Positions 30,260 through 40,017 are shown, numbered from the stretch's first letter. The stretch: DNA of 64,000 nt from Candidatus Bathyarchaeota archaeon (GCA_963726255.1 CAVSBL010000002.1:2299726-2363725); one strand, 5' to 3'. Notes: generated from the letters alone by a model not told the origin. Translations and numbers: made by a program.

Positions 30260-30970
30260 CTAGTCCTCAGGAAGCTGGTACCATCTCTTCTTCTCGCCAA
30301 GTCTAGCGCGTAACTTCCATTTCGTTGTCTTGGCCGTTGCCTCAATCTGGGTCAATAACGCATCGCATCGTTTGATAACAGTAGAGCGCATGGCGTCGTC
30401 TTGGCTGAGTTTGTCCAGATTTCTTAGGACTCTGTTGAGGTTCATTGTGAAAGTCTTGTAGATGCCCCAATCGTTGGAGCACAAGTCTGCGATGTATTTG
30501 CTGTTGATCTTCTCTGGACGGTCGTCGTTTGCAAGTTCATGGTCATTCAGGAGGCAGATCATGTCCTTGACATCTTTTTCGTTCAGCTCGGCAATTTGGA
30601 GTTTGGTCATTAGGAGATCAGTTAGCGGGATCGTTGGGTAGTCCAGCTCTAGTCGGCCGCGCAGGTCCAGCTTATGGGACATGGAGAGGACGTCAAGGAA
30701 GACGTCGATTCGTAGCTTATCCTTTCCGAAGAATAGCAGGCGCTCCGAGCCGTGGAGCAAATTGAAGTCCTCATCGCCAGAGTAGCCGAGTTTCTCGAAT
30801 AGTCGCATGATTTGCTGGGATTGTGAAGAATAGCCAACGAAATCTATGTCCGTCAAAGCCCTGGGGATGACTTGGGCACGTGCGCTTTGACTGTGGATTC
30901 TGGTGGCGATGGATCCTATTAAGCGGAGTATTACATCGTTCGCCTTCGCTGTGTCTAGGACTAATTGCAT
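30260..30970 (-). CDS. Nucleotidyltransferase-fold protein, copy A (possible CTG start at 31000)
   Basis: GSIA...DIDFVG...RIDVF (G[SG]..DxD..D pol-beta pattern); C-terminal WKLRARLGEKKRWYQLPE. Confidence 0.75.
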   Translation of the reverse strand: MQLVLDTAKANDVILRLIGSIATRIHSQSARAQVIPRALTDIDFVGYSSQSQQIMRLFEKLGYSGDEDFNLLHGSERLLFFGKDKLRIDVFLDVLSMSHKLDLRGRLELDYPTIPLTDLLMTKLQIAELNEKDVKDMICLLNDHELANDDRPEKINSKYIADLCSNDWGIYKTFTMNLNRVLRNLDKLSQDDAMRSTVIKRCDALLTQIEATAKTTKWKLRARLGEKKRWYQLPED

Positions 30971-31005
30971 ATTCCCGAGAAAATCTTGTTCCGTTATCAG
31001 TTGCT

Positions 31006-31977
31006 TTAGCCTTCTACTCGGTAGAATTCTCGAATGCTTTTCTCGTCAAGGTCGACGACATACCCTCTCAGTATACCCTCGGTGTACTCGCTTCCAGGGT
31101 TTACGCAGAGTGTTTTGCCAATGAACGTGTCTCCACCTGATTCATGTATGTGCCCGAATAAGCCCAACTTCGGTTGATATTTCTCAATAATCTTACGAAC
31201 CGCGGTGCTACCTACCGGAATCCGCATGAATTCTCCGCCGACCAAGACTGGCTGAAGTTGCTCGTTGAGCTTCGGGGCTACGTCAAGCCCGGAGTCATAG
31301 GGGGGAACGTGCAGATTCAAAACGCAGTTCTTCACGTTCTTTACGCCGGCAACCATTCCCTCTAGCATGCTCTCAAGTTGTTCCTCAGTGTATTCGCCAG
31401 GTGTCTTCCAGGGCGTGTGGTTGCTCGCTCCTGAACTTATCATCTCGTGAACTCCATCGAGAACAACAACCTCGTTCTCGGGGTTCTTGACATACTTGGA
31501 TGAGCGAATTACGTCACCGCATTTGGGGTCATCATCGTTTCCAGGTAACATGAAGAACTGGGTTCTCAAGCCTGCCAATCGTTCATCCGCAAGTCTCATC
31601 CATTCCTGCATTCGTTCGAGAATGAGTCGGTTGATTAGGGCATCGAATTTGGGACGGTTTGTCCTGAGTTCTTCCACTTCCTGCGGTTCTGTAGGATGGG
31701 GATAGAATCCGGAGTTCTCAATTAGCTTTCGCATGTCAGCAACTTCTTCACTAGTTTTCATCACGTGATCTTTTTCTAGAAAGTTGCAGGTATAGTCGCC
31801 GTTCGCTTGTTTAACCATTGGGATAATCCTTTTGCCAGTCAGGTCTCCGCCTATGATTACGATGTTCGCTTTGTAGACATCTAATTTCGCGACATTCAGA
31901 GCCTTCTTGAAGCATACGTTTGATGCGTGAATGTCGCAACAATAGTAGATACGGGTCTTTTGCATTACCACTGCCAC
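31006..31977 (-). CDS. Calcineurin-like metallophosphoesterase, copy A
   Basis: DIH, GGDLTGK, GNDD, NLHVPP and GHIHE motifs. Confidence 0.88.
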   Translation of the reverse strand: MAVVMQKTRIYYCCDIHASNVCFKKALNVAKLDVYKANIVIIGGDLTGKRIIPMVKQANGDYTCNFLEKDHVMKTSEEVADMRKLIENSGFYPHPTEPQEVEELRTNRPKFDALINRLILERMQEWMRLADERLAGLRTQFFMLPGNDDDPKCGDVIRSSKYVKNPENEVVVLDGVHEMISSGASNHTPWKTPGEYTEEQLESMLEGMVAGVKNVKNCVLNLHVPPYDSGLDVAPKLNEQLQPVLVGGEFMRIPVGSTAVRKIIEKYQPKLGLFGHIHESGGDTFIGKTLCVNPGSEYTEGILRGYVVDLDEKSIREFYRVEG

Positions 31978-32001
31978 ACTATGATGTTTTCGTCAGTAGA
32001 G

Positions 32002-32022
32002 AAAAAAAGGGCGGTAAAAAAA
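32002..32022 (-). terminator. Two oligo-U tracts between the permease and phosphoesterase genes
   Basis: Plus-strand A7 runs at 32002-32008 and 32016-32022. Confidence 0.45.
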
Positions 32023-32042
32023 GGTGAGGGAAGGCGAAGCGG

Positions 32043-33722
32043 TCATTCTGGTGGGATCGTCTTGAAGATTTGGTTGAAGTCGATGCCGCGTCTAATGTTG
32101 TACCATCGTACGGCTAGGTAGATGATGATGCCGGCAAGAATTGTCACGCCAGTGGCGATGAGTCCTGTCGAGATGGCGTACTCTGCGAATGAGAGGCCTG
32201 GGGTCAAAGGCGGAACCGAACCGATGACTCCTGCGAAGAGGTAGAAGGGTACTATGATTATCAACCAGATTATTGCGAGTGGAAGCAGCCACTTGCGCCA
32301 AGGTACTGCTTTTGTTAGGTCGGGGCGTCTTCTAGGCAGGAGTAGTGCGCATATTGCAGGGAACATGTACGAGGGCATGAACATCAGTGTGTTCCACCAC
32401 GCGTAGTTGACTGGGTTAAAGTCCGGTGCATAGATTAGGAGCAGATAGAATATCACTCCAAGGATTCCTTCGATGAGTACTATCTTCATTGGTTGTCTGT
32501 ATTTTGGATGAACTTCTGAGAACGATCTGGGAATCATTCTGTCTATGCCCCAGCTAAAGACGAGCCTATTGATGTACAGCATGCTTGCTGGGATGACGAC
32601 CCAAACACCGATGATCGCGGCTAGTCCTGCAATAACCCAAACGGGCCAGAGACTCGGCAAAGCAATGTCTAGCAGCAGCGCGTTTATCGGGGGCAGGCTA
32701 AGCGGCGCATCTCCCCGGGCGTTCCAGAATAGGAAGCTCCAACCTACAGAAAAGTGGTAGCCGAACACCGTTAGCATCAGCCAGATGAGTCCAAGTGAGA
32801 ATATTATGAAAAAGGTCAATGATCCGAGTATTGATATCGTTAGGCTCTTTTTGACGTTGCCTCTGAGTTCTCCAGCGATGGATGCCGAGTACTGGAAACC
32901 GCCCATAACGAAGAGTATGTAACCAGCCAAACCGGCCGTAGCAGCGAAGTTGTATCCGCCGTTCGGGTCGTAACCGTCCTTAATCGCGGTCTGGACGAGT
33001 TCACTGGGTGAGACTCCAACAAGCGTTTTCATGTTGCTGGCTAGGGCTGTCGAATTGACTCCGAGTGCCCCAACTCCAATGAGAATGAGGCTTGCGATAG
33101 AGATCACACCGAGCCCAGCAATTAGTCTGTAGTATTTTCTCGGGGGCATCATAACAACTAACATGCCTACTATGATAACGGCACATCCGAGGTAGATTGA
33201 AGTTGGTGAATCCATAATCCATGGCGCTGTACTCGTGGTCACACCAGCAATTCTGAGAATGTCAACCATCTGTTTGATGTTTCTGACAGTCACCCACGCC
33301 ATCCAGCTCCACACCGGAGTCCAAGACCAGACGATCATCCAAGAGTTGATCCAGCCCCAGAATGGTCCCATAAGTCGAGCCGGAATAACGTAGTCAGCCC
33401 CGCTTCTTGGCATAGTTGTTGTGAGCTGAACGTATAGGATTGCAAGAACGTAGCTCGCCAGACCAAACAGCAATACGCCGAGTAGGTAGGGGGGCCAGCC
33501 TAGTATCAAGCCCGCGGGGAATATTCCCAAGTAGGCTACTGACCACGCGAACTTGCTCCCCATTATGTTGCCAATGTTGAACAGTGTGGCTTGGCTTGTG
33601 TTTGCTTCCTTTATGAGCCCTGATGCTTTGCGTGCGAAGAGTTTCTCTTCAATCGATCCTGAATTCGAAGTCGAAGTGAAAATCCTCCCGAATTTTCCAA
33701 ACCGCCGATGAGATTTCCGCAC
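32043..33722 (-). CDS. APC family amino acid permease, copy A (start uncertain)
   Basis: LFARKASGLIKE, MPRSGADYV, about 12 TM helices, C-terminus GIDFNQIFKTIPPE. Confidence 0.88.
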   Translation of the reverse strand: MRKSHRRFGKFGRIFTSTSNSGSIEEKLFARKASGLIKEANTSQATLFNIGNIMGSKFAWSVAYLGIFPAGLILGWPPYLLGVLLFGLASYVLAILYVQLTTTMPRSGADYVIPARLMGPFWGWINSWMIVWSWTPVWSWMAWVTVRNIKQMVDILRIAGVTTSTAPWIMDSPTSIYLGCAVIIVGMLVVMMPPRKYYRLIAGLGVISIASLILIGVGALGVNSTALASNMKTLVGVSPSELVQTAIKDGYDPNGGYNFAATAGLAGYILFVMGGFQYSASIAGELRGNVKKSLTISILGSLTFFIIFSLGLIWLMLTVFGYHFSVGWSFLFWNARGDAPLSLPPINALLLDIALPSLWPVWVIAGLAAIIGVWVVIPASMLYINRLVFSWGIDRMIPRSFSEVHPKYRQPMKIVLIEGILGVIFYLLLIYAPDFNPVNYAWWNTLMFMPSYMFPAICALLLPRRRPDLTKAVPWRKWLLPLAIIWLIIIVPFYLFAGVIGSVPPLTPGLSFAEYAISTGLIATGVTILAGIIIYLAVRWYNIRRGIDFNQIFKTIPPE

Positions 33723-33760
33723 GTATTTAATACTTGCCGTATCTCAGCAGAACTGTTCCA

Positions 33761-33780
33761 AATACAATACAATACAATAC
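33761..33780. repeat. (AATAC)4 tandem repeat in a divergent promoter
   Basis: aatacaatacaatacaatac read directly from the sequence. Confidence 0.8.
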
Positions 33781-33861
33781 ACCTCGTAAATGCATTTTGT
33801 CCGTCATTCCTTCTTCCAGTGCACTAGCCGTCATTGCGCTAGTGTTTTTCAGAGGGGGGCC

Positions 33862-35670
33862 ATGGGCGAAACCAACATATCGACGCCCTTTGTGACGAGG
33901 GCCAGTGATACGCAATTGTCGGAACCAGATGCGGTCGATGTCGTGATCATCGGAAGTGGCGGCGCTGGTCTCAGAGCTGCAATCGAAGCAGCCGACCGTG
34001 GCGCCTCCGCCATACTTGTTTCGAATGGTGGTGTAGGAAAATGCGGGGCCACAATGATTGCTGGGGCTGACATAACGTTAGATGGCGGCGGGGCCTCGCG
34101 GATTGGTCTCACTGGAAACGAAGCTGATACCGAGAAGGCTTTCTTCCATGACATAATGGTTCAAGGATATTACCTTAACAACCAAAAACTAGTTGAGGCA
34201 TATGTCCGCGACGCCCCAGCTAGAACAAAGGAGCTGATAGATTGGGGAATGAGATACAGCTGGGACGGAAAACGAGCAGTTCTAAGCCAGGGTCCGGAGA
34301 TCAATAGGGTACTTACTGAGCAAGTGAAGAAACGCAACATCACTCTCCTAGAAGATGTGTATGTTACGGATCTCTTGACCCAAGGGAACACGGTTGTAGG
34401 TGCCTATGGAGTCGATGTTGAGCGGGGGATATTCAAGGAATTAAGAGCGAAAGCTGTAGTCATCGCAACTGGAGGTTGGCAGAGAGCATACTCATTCACG
34501 AGTGCCCCTGGGGGGTTATCAGGCGGGCTTCACGCAGCGGCATATAGAGCCGGAGCCGCCTTGGTCAACATGGAGATGGTTACCTTTTGCCCTAACGTTA
34601 TACTATGGCCTCCAGCATTGCGCGGCGACATTTTCCCCTACATTCTAATTGAGATGTTTGGAGACCTACTTGACAAGCGCGGACGCCCATTCTTAAGAGA
34701 CGAATACGATCCGTTGATCTACAAAATCGCCACTACCACTGAGTGGAACAAACTGATCTTCTCACTAGCAGCGACCCGCGTAGTCCTCAGAGGAGATGGG
34801 TCGCCCACTGGGGGAACATACTATTCCATCAAGACGGTTCCGCTCAATATCGTCGCAGAGGCCGAGAATATGTATCCAGGCTGGAGGTGGATTCGCACAG
34901 ACTTCTCTGAGCTCATGGATTGGTTGAAGGAAGGAAACGCGGTGGAAGTCGCGCCAGCGGCCCATTATATGGAAGGTGGCATACTAGTCGACGAACACGC
35001 GGCGACTACGCTAAAGGGTCTCTACGCTGCAGGGGAATGTTCCGGGGCATTGTTCGGAGCAAACCGTGTAGCTTCTGCGATAACGCAGATACTTGTCCAA
35101 GGAGCAATCGCAGGCAAGTCTGCCGCAGCTTCGGCCAAGAAAGTGAGCCTCCAAGCTCCTGACAAAGAACAACTAGCGAAGATTCAGTCACGACTCACAC
35201 GACCGTTCACCCAGAAAAATGGCCCGCGCTCCATAGATCTGAAAAAGAAAATCAGGGAGATTGCCGACAAACATCTATGGGTTATTCGGAACAAGAAAGG
35301 GCTTGAGGAAGCTATAACCAAACTTCAATCGATTATCAAAAATGAGCTACCCCGAGTTTCAATACAGACCAAAACGCGGGTTTACAACAAAGAATGGATT
35401 GATACAATAGAGCTCGATGGCATGGCTCTAGTGTTGCAAGCATCTGCGCAGGCAGCCCTGATGCGAACCGAAAGCAGAGGAGTTCACAACAGGGCCGACT
35501 ACCCTAAGGCCGACAACGACAAATGGCTCAAAGAGATAATAGTCAGGCAAGTAAACGGCAAATTGGCTCTAAAGACCCGGCCGGTCACGGTGACAAAGAT
35601 GAAACTTCCAAGAGGGAAGTTTGGTTTCGAAGAAGGAATAGTCAAAGCCGTTAAGGAATTAGGAGAATGA
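33862..35670 (+). CDS. Succinate dehydrogenase/fumarate reductase flavoprotein-like oxidoreductase
   Basis: IIGSGGAG, AHYMEGG, GLYAAGE, GANR and RTESRGVH motifs. Confidence 0.85.
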   Translation: MGETNISTPFVTRASDTQLSEPDAVDVVIIGSGGAGLRAAIEAADRGASAILVSNGGVGKCGATMIAGADITLDGGGASRIGLTGNEADTEKAFFHDIMVQGYYLNNQKLVEAYVRDAPARTKELIDWGMRYSWDGKRAVLSQGPEINRVLTEQVKKRNITLLEDVYVTDLLTQGNTVVGAYGVDVERGIFKELRAKAVVIATGGWQRAYSFTSAPGGLSGGLHAAAYRAGAALVNMEMVTFCPNVILWPPALRGDIFPYILIEMFGDLLDKRGRPFLRDEYDPLIYKIATTTEWNKLIFSLAATRVVLRGDGSPTGGTYYSIKTVPLNIVAEAENMYPGWRWIRTDFSELMDWLKEGNAVEVAPAAHYMEGGILVDEHAATTLKGLYAAGECSGALFGANRVASAITQILVQGAIAGKSAAASAKKVSLQAPDKEQLAKIQSRLTRPFTQKNGPRSIDLKKKIREIADKHLWVIRNKKGLEEAITKLQSIIKNELPRVSIQTKTRVYNKEWIDTIELDGMALVLQASAQAALMRTESRGVHNRADYPKADNDKWLKEIIVRQVNGKLALKTRPVTVTKMKLPRGKFGFEEGIVKAVKELGE

Positions 35671-35676
35671 AATACG

Positions 35677-35997
35677 ATGACAACTAGGACAGTGCACGTT
35701 AAGGTCTCACGGTTCGAACCAAGCACGGACAAGGCACCGCACTTCCAGACCTACGAAGTGCCGTGGCACCCTAGGATGACGGTGATGGACGCTTTGGATT
35801 ACATATACGAGAACCTGGACCCATCCCTAGCATATCATTCCCATACATCCTGCCACAGAAGAGCCTGCGCCCGCTGCAACCTAACCGTGAACTCCAATCC
35901 AGGCCTCTCCTGCCACACAGAAATCAACGGAGACATCACCTTAGCACCATTACCCCGCTTCAAAGTGATCCGCGACCTCGTCGTTTCAGGACTGTAG
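35677..35997 (+). CDS. Stand-alone 2Fe-2S protein (SdhB/FrdB N-terminal domain only)
   Basis: MTVMDALDYI...SCHRRACARC...LSC...VIRDLVV; 106 aa. Confidence 0.85.
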   Translation: MTTRTVHVKVSRFEPSTDKAPHFQTYEVPWHPRMTVMDALDYIYENLDPSLAYHSHTSCHRRACARCNLTVNSNPGLSCHTEINGDITLAPLPRFKVIRDLVVSGL

Positions 35998-36113
35998 CGA
36001 AGGCACGCGGCCAACAGCCACATTAGCACCTGTGATCTTGGCGGTATCCACAGATTCCAAACTCACTCACAGGTTTTCTTTATCTACATGCTATCGACCC
36101 CCTATGATGGAGT

Positions 36114-37259
36114 CTGGCTGCACTGAAATCTCCAATTCCCAAAGTTGAATTTGAGCGGAGGCTGAGCACAACTCGCCAAGCGTTAGCTAATTCAGGATTT
36201 GACGCAGCGCTTGCAGTGTCTGGTTACGGTGAGCGGGACGGGAATGTGTGCTATTTGTGTGGGCACAAGAACGCTTTCCCATACAGTATGCGGAGCGAAA
36301 GTATCTCTGGTTTGGGGTACAGCGCTCTTCTGGTCCCCGCTGAGGGCCCAACTACCCTAATCTCGCCTCTAGGCTATAGACCGGATTTGGTTGTAGGTGT
36401 GGACAAAGCCAAGACTGGCACAAACCTGGCTCACGAGCTGGTTGATGCAGTCAAGGAATCCCACCTCGACCGCGCGAAACTCGCGGTCGCAGGAAGCGAC
36501 ATTATCCCCGTAACATACATTGGAGACCTGAACCGCGTTTTTCCCGAACTTACCGTGAAGTACGCTGACGAACTCATCGTGCTCCAACGGATGGTCAAAA
36601 GCGAGAACGAACTCACGGCGATTAGACAAGCTTCACGGGTAGCCGACAAAGCTCTCCATGCAGCTGTGGACTCAGTCAAGCCTGGAATGAAAGAGAGCGC
36701 AATCGGAAGTGTCGCAAGGAAAGTTGCGATGGAGGCAGGTGCTGATTACGTGGTCAGAGACCGGGTTCAATCGGGGCCAGAGATTGGAACACTCCGCTGG
36801 CCGTTTGCGTCCCAGAAAAGAGTTCGAAAGGGGGAACTTGTCTCAATTGACTTCGTCGGATGGGTAAACGCGTACGGATTCGATATTCTCCGGATGGCAA
36901 GCGTTGGGCGACCAAACAAAGAACAACGAGCTCTCATCGAGGCTGCCGGGGAAGCAACCAAGGCTATGACGGACGCATTATCAGACGGCGAGGAGATTGA
37001 GACGTCGATGGCGCAACTGAAGAGATTCAAGGAAGAAGGATACAAGGTTGAACCTTTCGGGCACGCTATAGGGCTGGAGATTGTTGAAATTCCATACCTA
37101 CTGCCCGGCGCCAACGGCAACGTGAAGAAGGGTATGGTCTTCTGCGTCGAACCCGAATTACGAAAAGGAAAGAGCTGGGCGTCTATTGAAAACGAAGTTA
37201 TTGTGACCGGCTCCAAACCAGAAGTCCTTACGAGACTACCAGTGGAATTCTGGCACTAA
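36114..37259 (+). CDS. M24 family (Xaa-Pro aminopeptidase/creatinase-like) peptidase
   Basis: RMVKSENE, SIDF...FDI, GHAIG, VEP and IEN motifs. The frame is open upstream of GTG 36216 (LKSPIPKVEFERRL), suggesting a CTG start. Confidence 0.85.
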   Translation: MAALKSPIPKVEFERRLSTTRQALANSGFDAALAVSGYGERDGNVCYLCGHKNAFPYSMRSESISGLGYSALLVPAEGPTTLISPLGYRPDLVVGVDKAKTGTNLAHELVDAVKESHLDRAKLAVAGSDIIPVTYIGDLNRVFPELTVKYADELIVLQRMVKSENELTAIRQASRVADKALHAAVDSVKPGMKESAIGSVARKVAMEAGADYVVRDRVQSGPEIGTLRWPFASQKRVRKGELVSIDFVGWVNAYGFDILRMASVGRPNKEQRALIEAAGEATKAMTDALSDGEEIETSMAQLKRFKEEGYKVEPFGHAIGLEIVEIPYLLPGANGNVKKGMVFCVEPELRKGKSWASIENEVIVTGSKPEVLTRLPVEFWH

Positions 37260-37324
37260 TCCGACACTGGCACCGATGAAAGGCACTAGAAGTTATAAGG
37301 GCACTAGGGAGTGATGGAGTAGTC

Positions 37325-38314
37325 ATGAAACCATCGTTCGGTATTGTTCTACCGACTAGAGGCATACTGTTCTCAAAGAGTAGCGCCCGTCAGGATATAG
37401 TCGAGCTCAGCAAACTGACTGAAGATTACGGCTACGACTCCGTCTGGGCTGGAGATAGCGTTCTGGCAAAACCCCGCCTCGACTCAATTTCCGTGCTCTC
37501 TGCTGCAGCAGCCGTAACCAATCGCGTCAAACTGGGCACTGCCTGTTTCGCGAGCTTTCCGCTGAGGCATCCGATATTACTCGCCTACCAATGGGCAACA
37601 CTTGATGTCATCTCTGAGGGCCGGAGCCTACTCGTCATCTGCCAAGGTACCCCCACGTATCACGGCAAAATATACCGCAACGAGTTTGACGCACTCGGCA
37701 TTCCGCCAAAAGAGAAAGTGCAACGAATCGAGGAGGGCATGGAGATTCTCAGAAAGCTGTGGGAAGGAGATGATGTCACCTATGACGGTCAGATCTACAA
37801 GTTCAAGAACGTAACAATGCTCCCCAAACCCTCGCAGAAGCCCTGCCCGATATGGATAGCGTCAAACCCAAGGTCAACGGGAGAACTCGAAGGCCCACCA
37901 GGAGAGATTGAGAAAAACTTCGAAAGAGTCGGCAAGTACGCGGATGGCTGGATGACCACGATGGTTGACCCAGGCGAGTTCCAGGAAGACGCCAAGAAAG
38001 TCCTAGACGCAGTTCGTAAGCATGACAAGAATACGAAGAGCTTCGGCATGTGTCTCTATTACAATATCAACATGAAAGATAACAGGGACGAAGCAGCGGC
38101 GGAATCAGGCGACTTCCTGCTGAAATATTACAGGGAAGACCCATCGGGAATTCTCGATAAATGGGTAGCATTCGGAACAAGGAAAGATTGTGTGGACAAA
38201 ATCGAAAAATTCGTTTCAGCAGGCGTAAACACTTTCTCAATTCGGTTCGTTGCGTGGGACCAATTGGAACAACTGAAACGCTTCAGTAAGGAGGTACTCC
38301 CAAGTTTCCAATAG
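37325..38314 (+). CDS. Luciferase-like (LLM) flavin/F420-dependent oxidoreductase
   Basis: GYDSVWAGD, RVKLGT, TLDVISEGR and PKPSQKPCPIWI motifs; TTATAA box at 37293. Confidence 0.88.
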   Translation: MKPSFGIVLPTRGILFSKSSARQDIVELSKLTEDYGYDSVWAGDSVLAKPRLDSISVLSAAAAVTNRVKLGTACFASFPLRHPILLAYQWATLDVISEGRSLLVICQGTPTYHGKIYRNEFDALGIPPKEKVQRIEEGMEILRKLWEGDDVTYDGQIYKFKNVTMLPKPSQKPCPIWIASNPRSTGELEGPPGEIEKNFERVGKYADGWMTTMVDPGEFQEDAKKVLDAVRKHDKNTKSFGMCLYYNINMKDNRDEAAAESGDFLLKYYREDPSGILDKWVAFGTRKDCVDKIEKFVSAGVNTFSIRFVAWDQLEQLKRFSKEVLPSFQ

Positions 38315-38419
38315 GTTGACCCCCCGTAAGTAACTGGGAGGTTCAGCACAAACAGAAGTGAACCCCAAACCACATCCGTCCTTCTCCAATTCGTGCAACA
38401 TCGTTCGGAATGGGGGCTA

Positions 38420-38550
38420 ATGGAGGCTAAAGTTCTGTACAATTCATCAGACCGCAAGAAGCTAACAGACCTTTCGTTCCCTCTATAGGAATACGAAGCC
38501 AGAATTCAGAATGCGAGAAGGCTGATGCAGCAACACGACCTTGACCAGTC
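38420..38550 (+). pseudogene. Remnant of a creatinase/M24 peptidase N-terminus
   Basis: MEAKV...LSFPL*EYEARIQNARRLMQQHDLD; in-frame TAG at 38486-38488; similarity is lost thereafter. Confidence 0.55.
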
Positions 38551-38717
38551 TTTAAGCCAATTACTCGATCTTACTGATATCAGTCCAAAAGAACCCGTTG
38601 TCACCATTAATCAGGAGGGTTGTTGTCAGAGGCCGGAAGCTTTGAAGACTTGGTGGGTCGGTTCAATATGAATAAGCGTAAGACGAGCATTCTTTTGCTG
38701 ATAGGTCGTGACTTGAT

Positions 38718-39731
38718 ATGAATTATGTTAGACTTGGAGACAGTGGATTAAAAGTTTCTGAGATTTGTCTTGGTACTTGGCATCTTCCAAGGTTGAAGGA
38801 AACTGATCCGTATGGGATACCGAGAGTGGACGCTGAAGAAACGAGAAGGGTAGTGAATCTGGCTTTTGATCATGGTATAAACTTCATTGATACTGCGAAC
38901 CGATACCATGGAGCGATGGCTCCAGTTGATTTGAATCATTATGGGTACGCCGAGAAAGTTCTGTCAGAAATACTCAGAGACCACGAAAGAGAGAGCTTTG
39001 TGTTGGCAACAAAGGTGGGGAACGAAATGGCACCCTGGCCGAATGGACGAGGCCTGTCAAGGAAACACGTGTTCTGGCAAATAACCGCAAGTTTGAAGCG
39101 ATTAAAACTGGAATACGTGGACGTATATTTGGCTCATCTCCCAGATGAGGAAACTCCGCACCTAGAAACTTTGCGAGCCTTCAGTGACCTAGTCACAATG
39201 GGGAAAGTTCACTATATCGGTTGTTCCAACTTCACGTCAGAACAGGTCGTAGACTTCATGGAGCTTTCCAAAGTGCATGACCTAGTCAGTTTTGCTACAC
39301 TCCAAGACCCATATAGCCTGGTCAACCGAAGCATCGAATCCAACAAGCTACCCCTAGTTAGCAAGTACAACTTCACAATTATGGCGTATTCTACGCTAGC
39401 TGAAGGATTACTATCCGGCAGATATCTGGACGGAGTTCCAGTTGGATCAAGGGCAACATATTCCCAGAGCTTCAAGAAAGCGTTATCTGAGAAGAACTTA
39501 GACTCCTTGAGAAAACTATCCACTTTAGCCAGCGAGAAGGGCATCTCGTTATCCCAACTCGCGATTGCATGGGTACTTCACAAGCAGAGAAAACTTGGCG
39601 TCAACATAATTCCGATCATTGGAGTATCAAACAGAGAACAGCTACTAGAAAACCTTCAAGCATTAGAAGTCCACCTATCCGAAGATGACATGTCAAAAGC
39701 GGAACAGATTGTGCTCCCAATCCAAGTCTAA
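38718..39731 (+). CDS. Aldo/keto reductase
   Basis: LGDSGLKVSEICLGT, FIDTANRY, LATK and YIGCSN motifs. Confidence 0.92.
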   Translation: MNYVRLGDSGLKVSEICLGTWHLPRLKETDPYGIPRVDAEETRRVVNLAFDHGINFIDTANRYHGAMAPVDLNHYGYAEKVLSEILRDHERESFVLATKVGNEMAPWPNGRGLSRKHVFWQITASLKRLKLEYVDVYLAHLPDEETPHLETLRAFSDLVTMGKVHYIGCSNFTSEQVVDFMELSKVHDLVSFATLQDPYSLVNRSIESNKLPLVSKYNFTIMAYSTLAEGLLSGRYLDGVPVGSRATYSQSFKKALSEKNLDSLRKLSTLASEKGISLSQLAIAWVLHKQRKLGVNIIPIIGVSNREQLLENLQALEVHLSEDDMSKAEQIVLPIQV

Positions 39732-40017
39732 CTTTCACTAATGCGTGTTACGAAACGCTGGACTTGAGATTTCATTCAGTTTCACGCAACACTCACATTG
39801 GCCTTTCATGGAGGTCGCGATTCTAACTACCGTTTAGTATGGACCACCTCATTGGTGTGTTATGGATTGCGTTCCTGCGTAACCGAGTGTTTACCGTGTG
39901 GGTTGCAATTGCTGCACATGGACGAAAGTCTTTTACAACTCTCGGAGCAAGCGAACGAACCCGAACCAAAGACTCCCTTTGCACAGAGTCTACAGCGTAT
40001 CGATTGGGGCCAAGTAA

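Noticed and set aside
30260-30970. NTase as a toxin-antitoxin (MNT-HEPN, AbiE) or CBASS component
   Set aside because: No adjacent HEPN, antitoxin or effector gene; the context is metabolic and transport in both copies.
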